Positions 63,428 through 64,000 of a DNA stretch of 64,000 nucleotides are shown here, piece after piece. The position numbers and the translations under genes were made by a program. The notes beneath the pieces were generated by a model, which had not been told where the DNA came from, did not search any database, and was given only the letters and a program-made list of their open reading frames with translations. The stretch spans positions 1 to 64,000 of the forward strand of contig JANRJA010000077.1 in assembly GCA_033764315.1 (NCBI GenBank), given 5' to 3'. Position 1 is the stretch's first letter. Each line of letters starts with the position of its first letter. This stretch comes from Oculatellaceae cyanobacterium bins.114. GTDB lineage: Bacteria; Cyanobacteriota; Cyanobacteriia; Elainellales; Elainellaceae.

Positions 63428-64000
63428 ATGAAACAAGCCGTCACCGTTATTACACATCAGGTTGGTTTCGGTGAGATCAATGCTTGGGCAACACTCTTAG
63501 CGGTGACATGGCTAGATGTCAGACAACTTCTGAGTGTGGCAGAAATACAAGCGGATAGCACTGTCATTCGCAGCGAGGTTGTCGTTTATCTGCCTCACCT
63601 TCCCACAAGGCTTAGTCAAATGACAAGTCCTGTGATGCCAAGTCACCCCTTTTTGATGCCGTGGTTTCCATCCTCTCCGTTGCCCACTGAGACAGCCATC
63701 GAAGCCCCCTTTGAGGCAGTTGCCTGGATAGCGTCTACCGAGTTAGTGCAGCAGGCATTGCCACAATTAGTTCAGCTCAAAGATTGGAGTTTGCTTAATT
63801 TAGCGCAGATATTAGAACAGCTCAATCTGCCCTTTTATTGGGGAACAGTGAGTGCATTACCAGTCAGTTCTATAACGTGTCCAACCTCTACCCACACTGT
63901 GTTGGCAGTTGTACCACACTATTGCTGTGAGCTGTGGTTAGCGCGATGTTTGCGATCGCTCCTGGCTCAAACCCGTCCACCCGATCACATTGTCGTGATT
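63428..64000 (+). CDS. GT2-family glycosyltransferase, truncated by the window end (not in the ORF track)
   Basis: Open frame from ATG 63428 ending VLAVVPHYCCELWLARCLRSLLAQTRPPDHIVVI, a GT2 N-terminal signature. Confidence 0.8.
   Translation, partial: MKQAVTVITHQVGFGEINAWATLLAVTWLDVRQLLSVAEIQADSTVIRSEVVVYLPHLPTRLSQMTSPVMPSHPFLMPWFPSSPLPTETAIEAPFEAVAWIASTELVQQALPQLVQLKDWSLLNLAQILEQLNLPFYWGTVSALPVSSITCPTSTHTVLAVVPHYCCELWLARCLRSLLAQTRPPDHIVVI

Overview
64 kb of chromosome from a cyanobacterium, probably filamentous. The evidence is a dense HIP1 GCGATCGC octamer, psbA, heptamer STRRs and cyanobacterial REP/MITE-like repeats. Housekeeping genes include hisZ, argD, psbA (standard Q130 D1), groEL2 with a CIRCE box, tag, photolyase, coaX, miaA, gyrB, cphB and bcp. 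Accessory modules: (1) a cytoplasmic operon with an apparently dead HtrA+PDZ, an active PDZ-less HtrA and a pseudo-receiver LuxR; (2) a block (cellulose-synthase-like GT2, orphan kinase, secreted proteins, GH63) whose promoters share 11-bp-spaced YTCAK direct repeats; (3) an 8-gene uptake/catabolism operon with an NtcA box and attenuator-like leader; (4) a small conserved gene next to a 21-bp tandem array; (5) a YD/DxDGDG repeat gene broken by one nonsense codon; (6) a MOSC-ATL fusion, a histone-H1-like protein and an SH3b / PaaK-like ligase / GT2 cluster. At least four MITE families are present, one copy carrying a nested insertion. I found no rRNA, tRNA, CRISPR array or transposase. All family calls come from motif recognition by eye; no database search was run.
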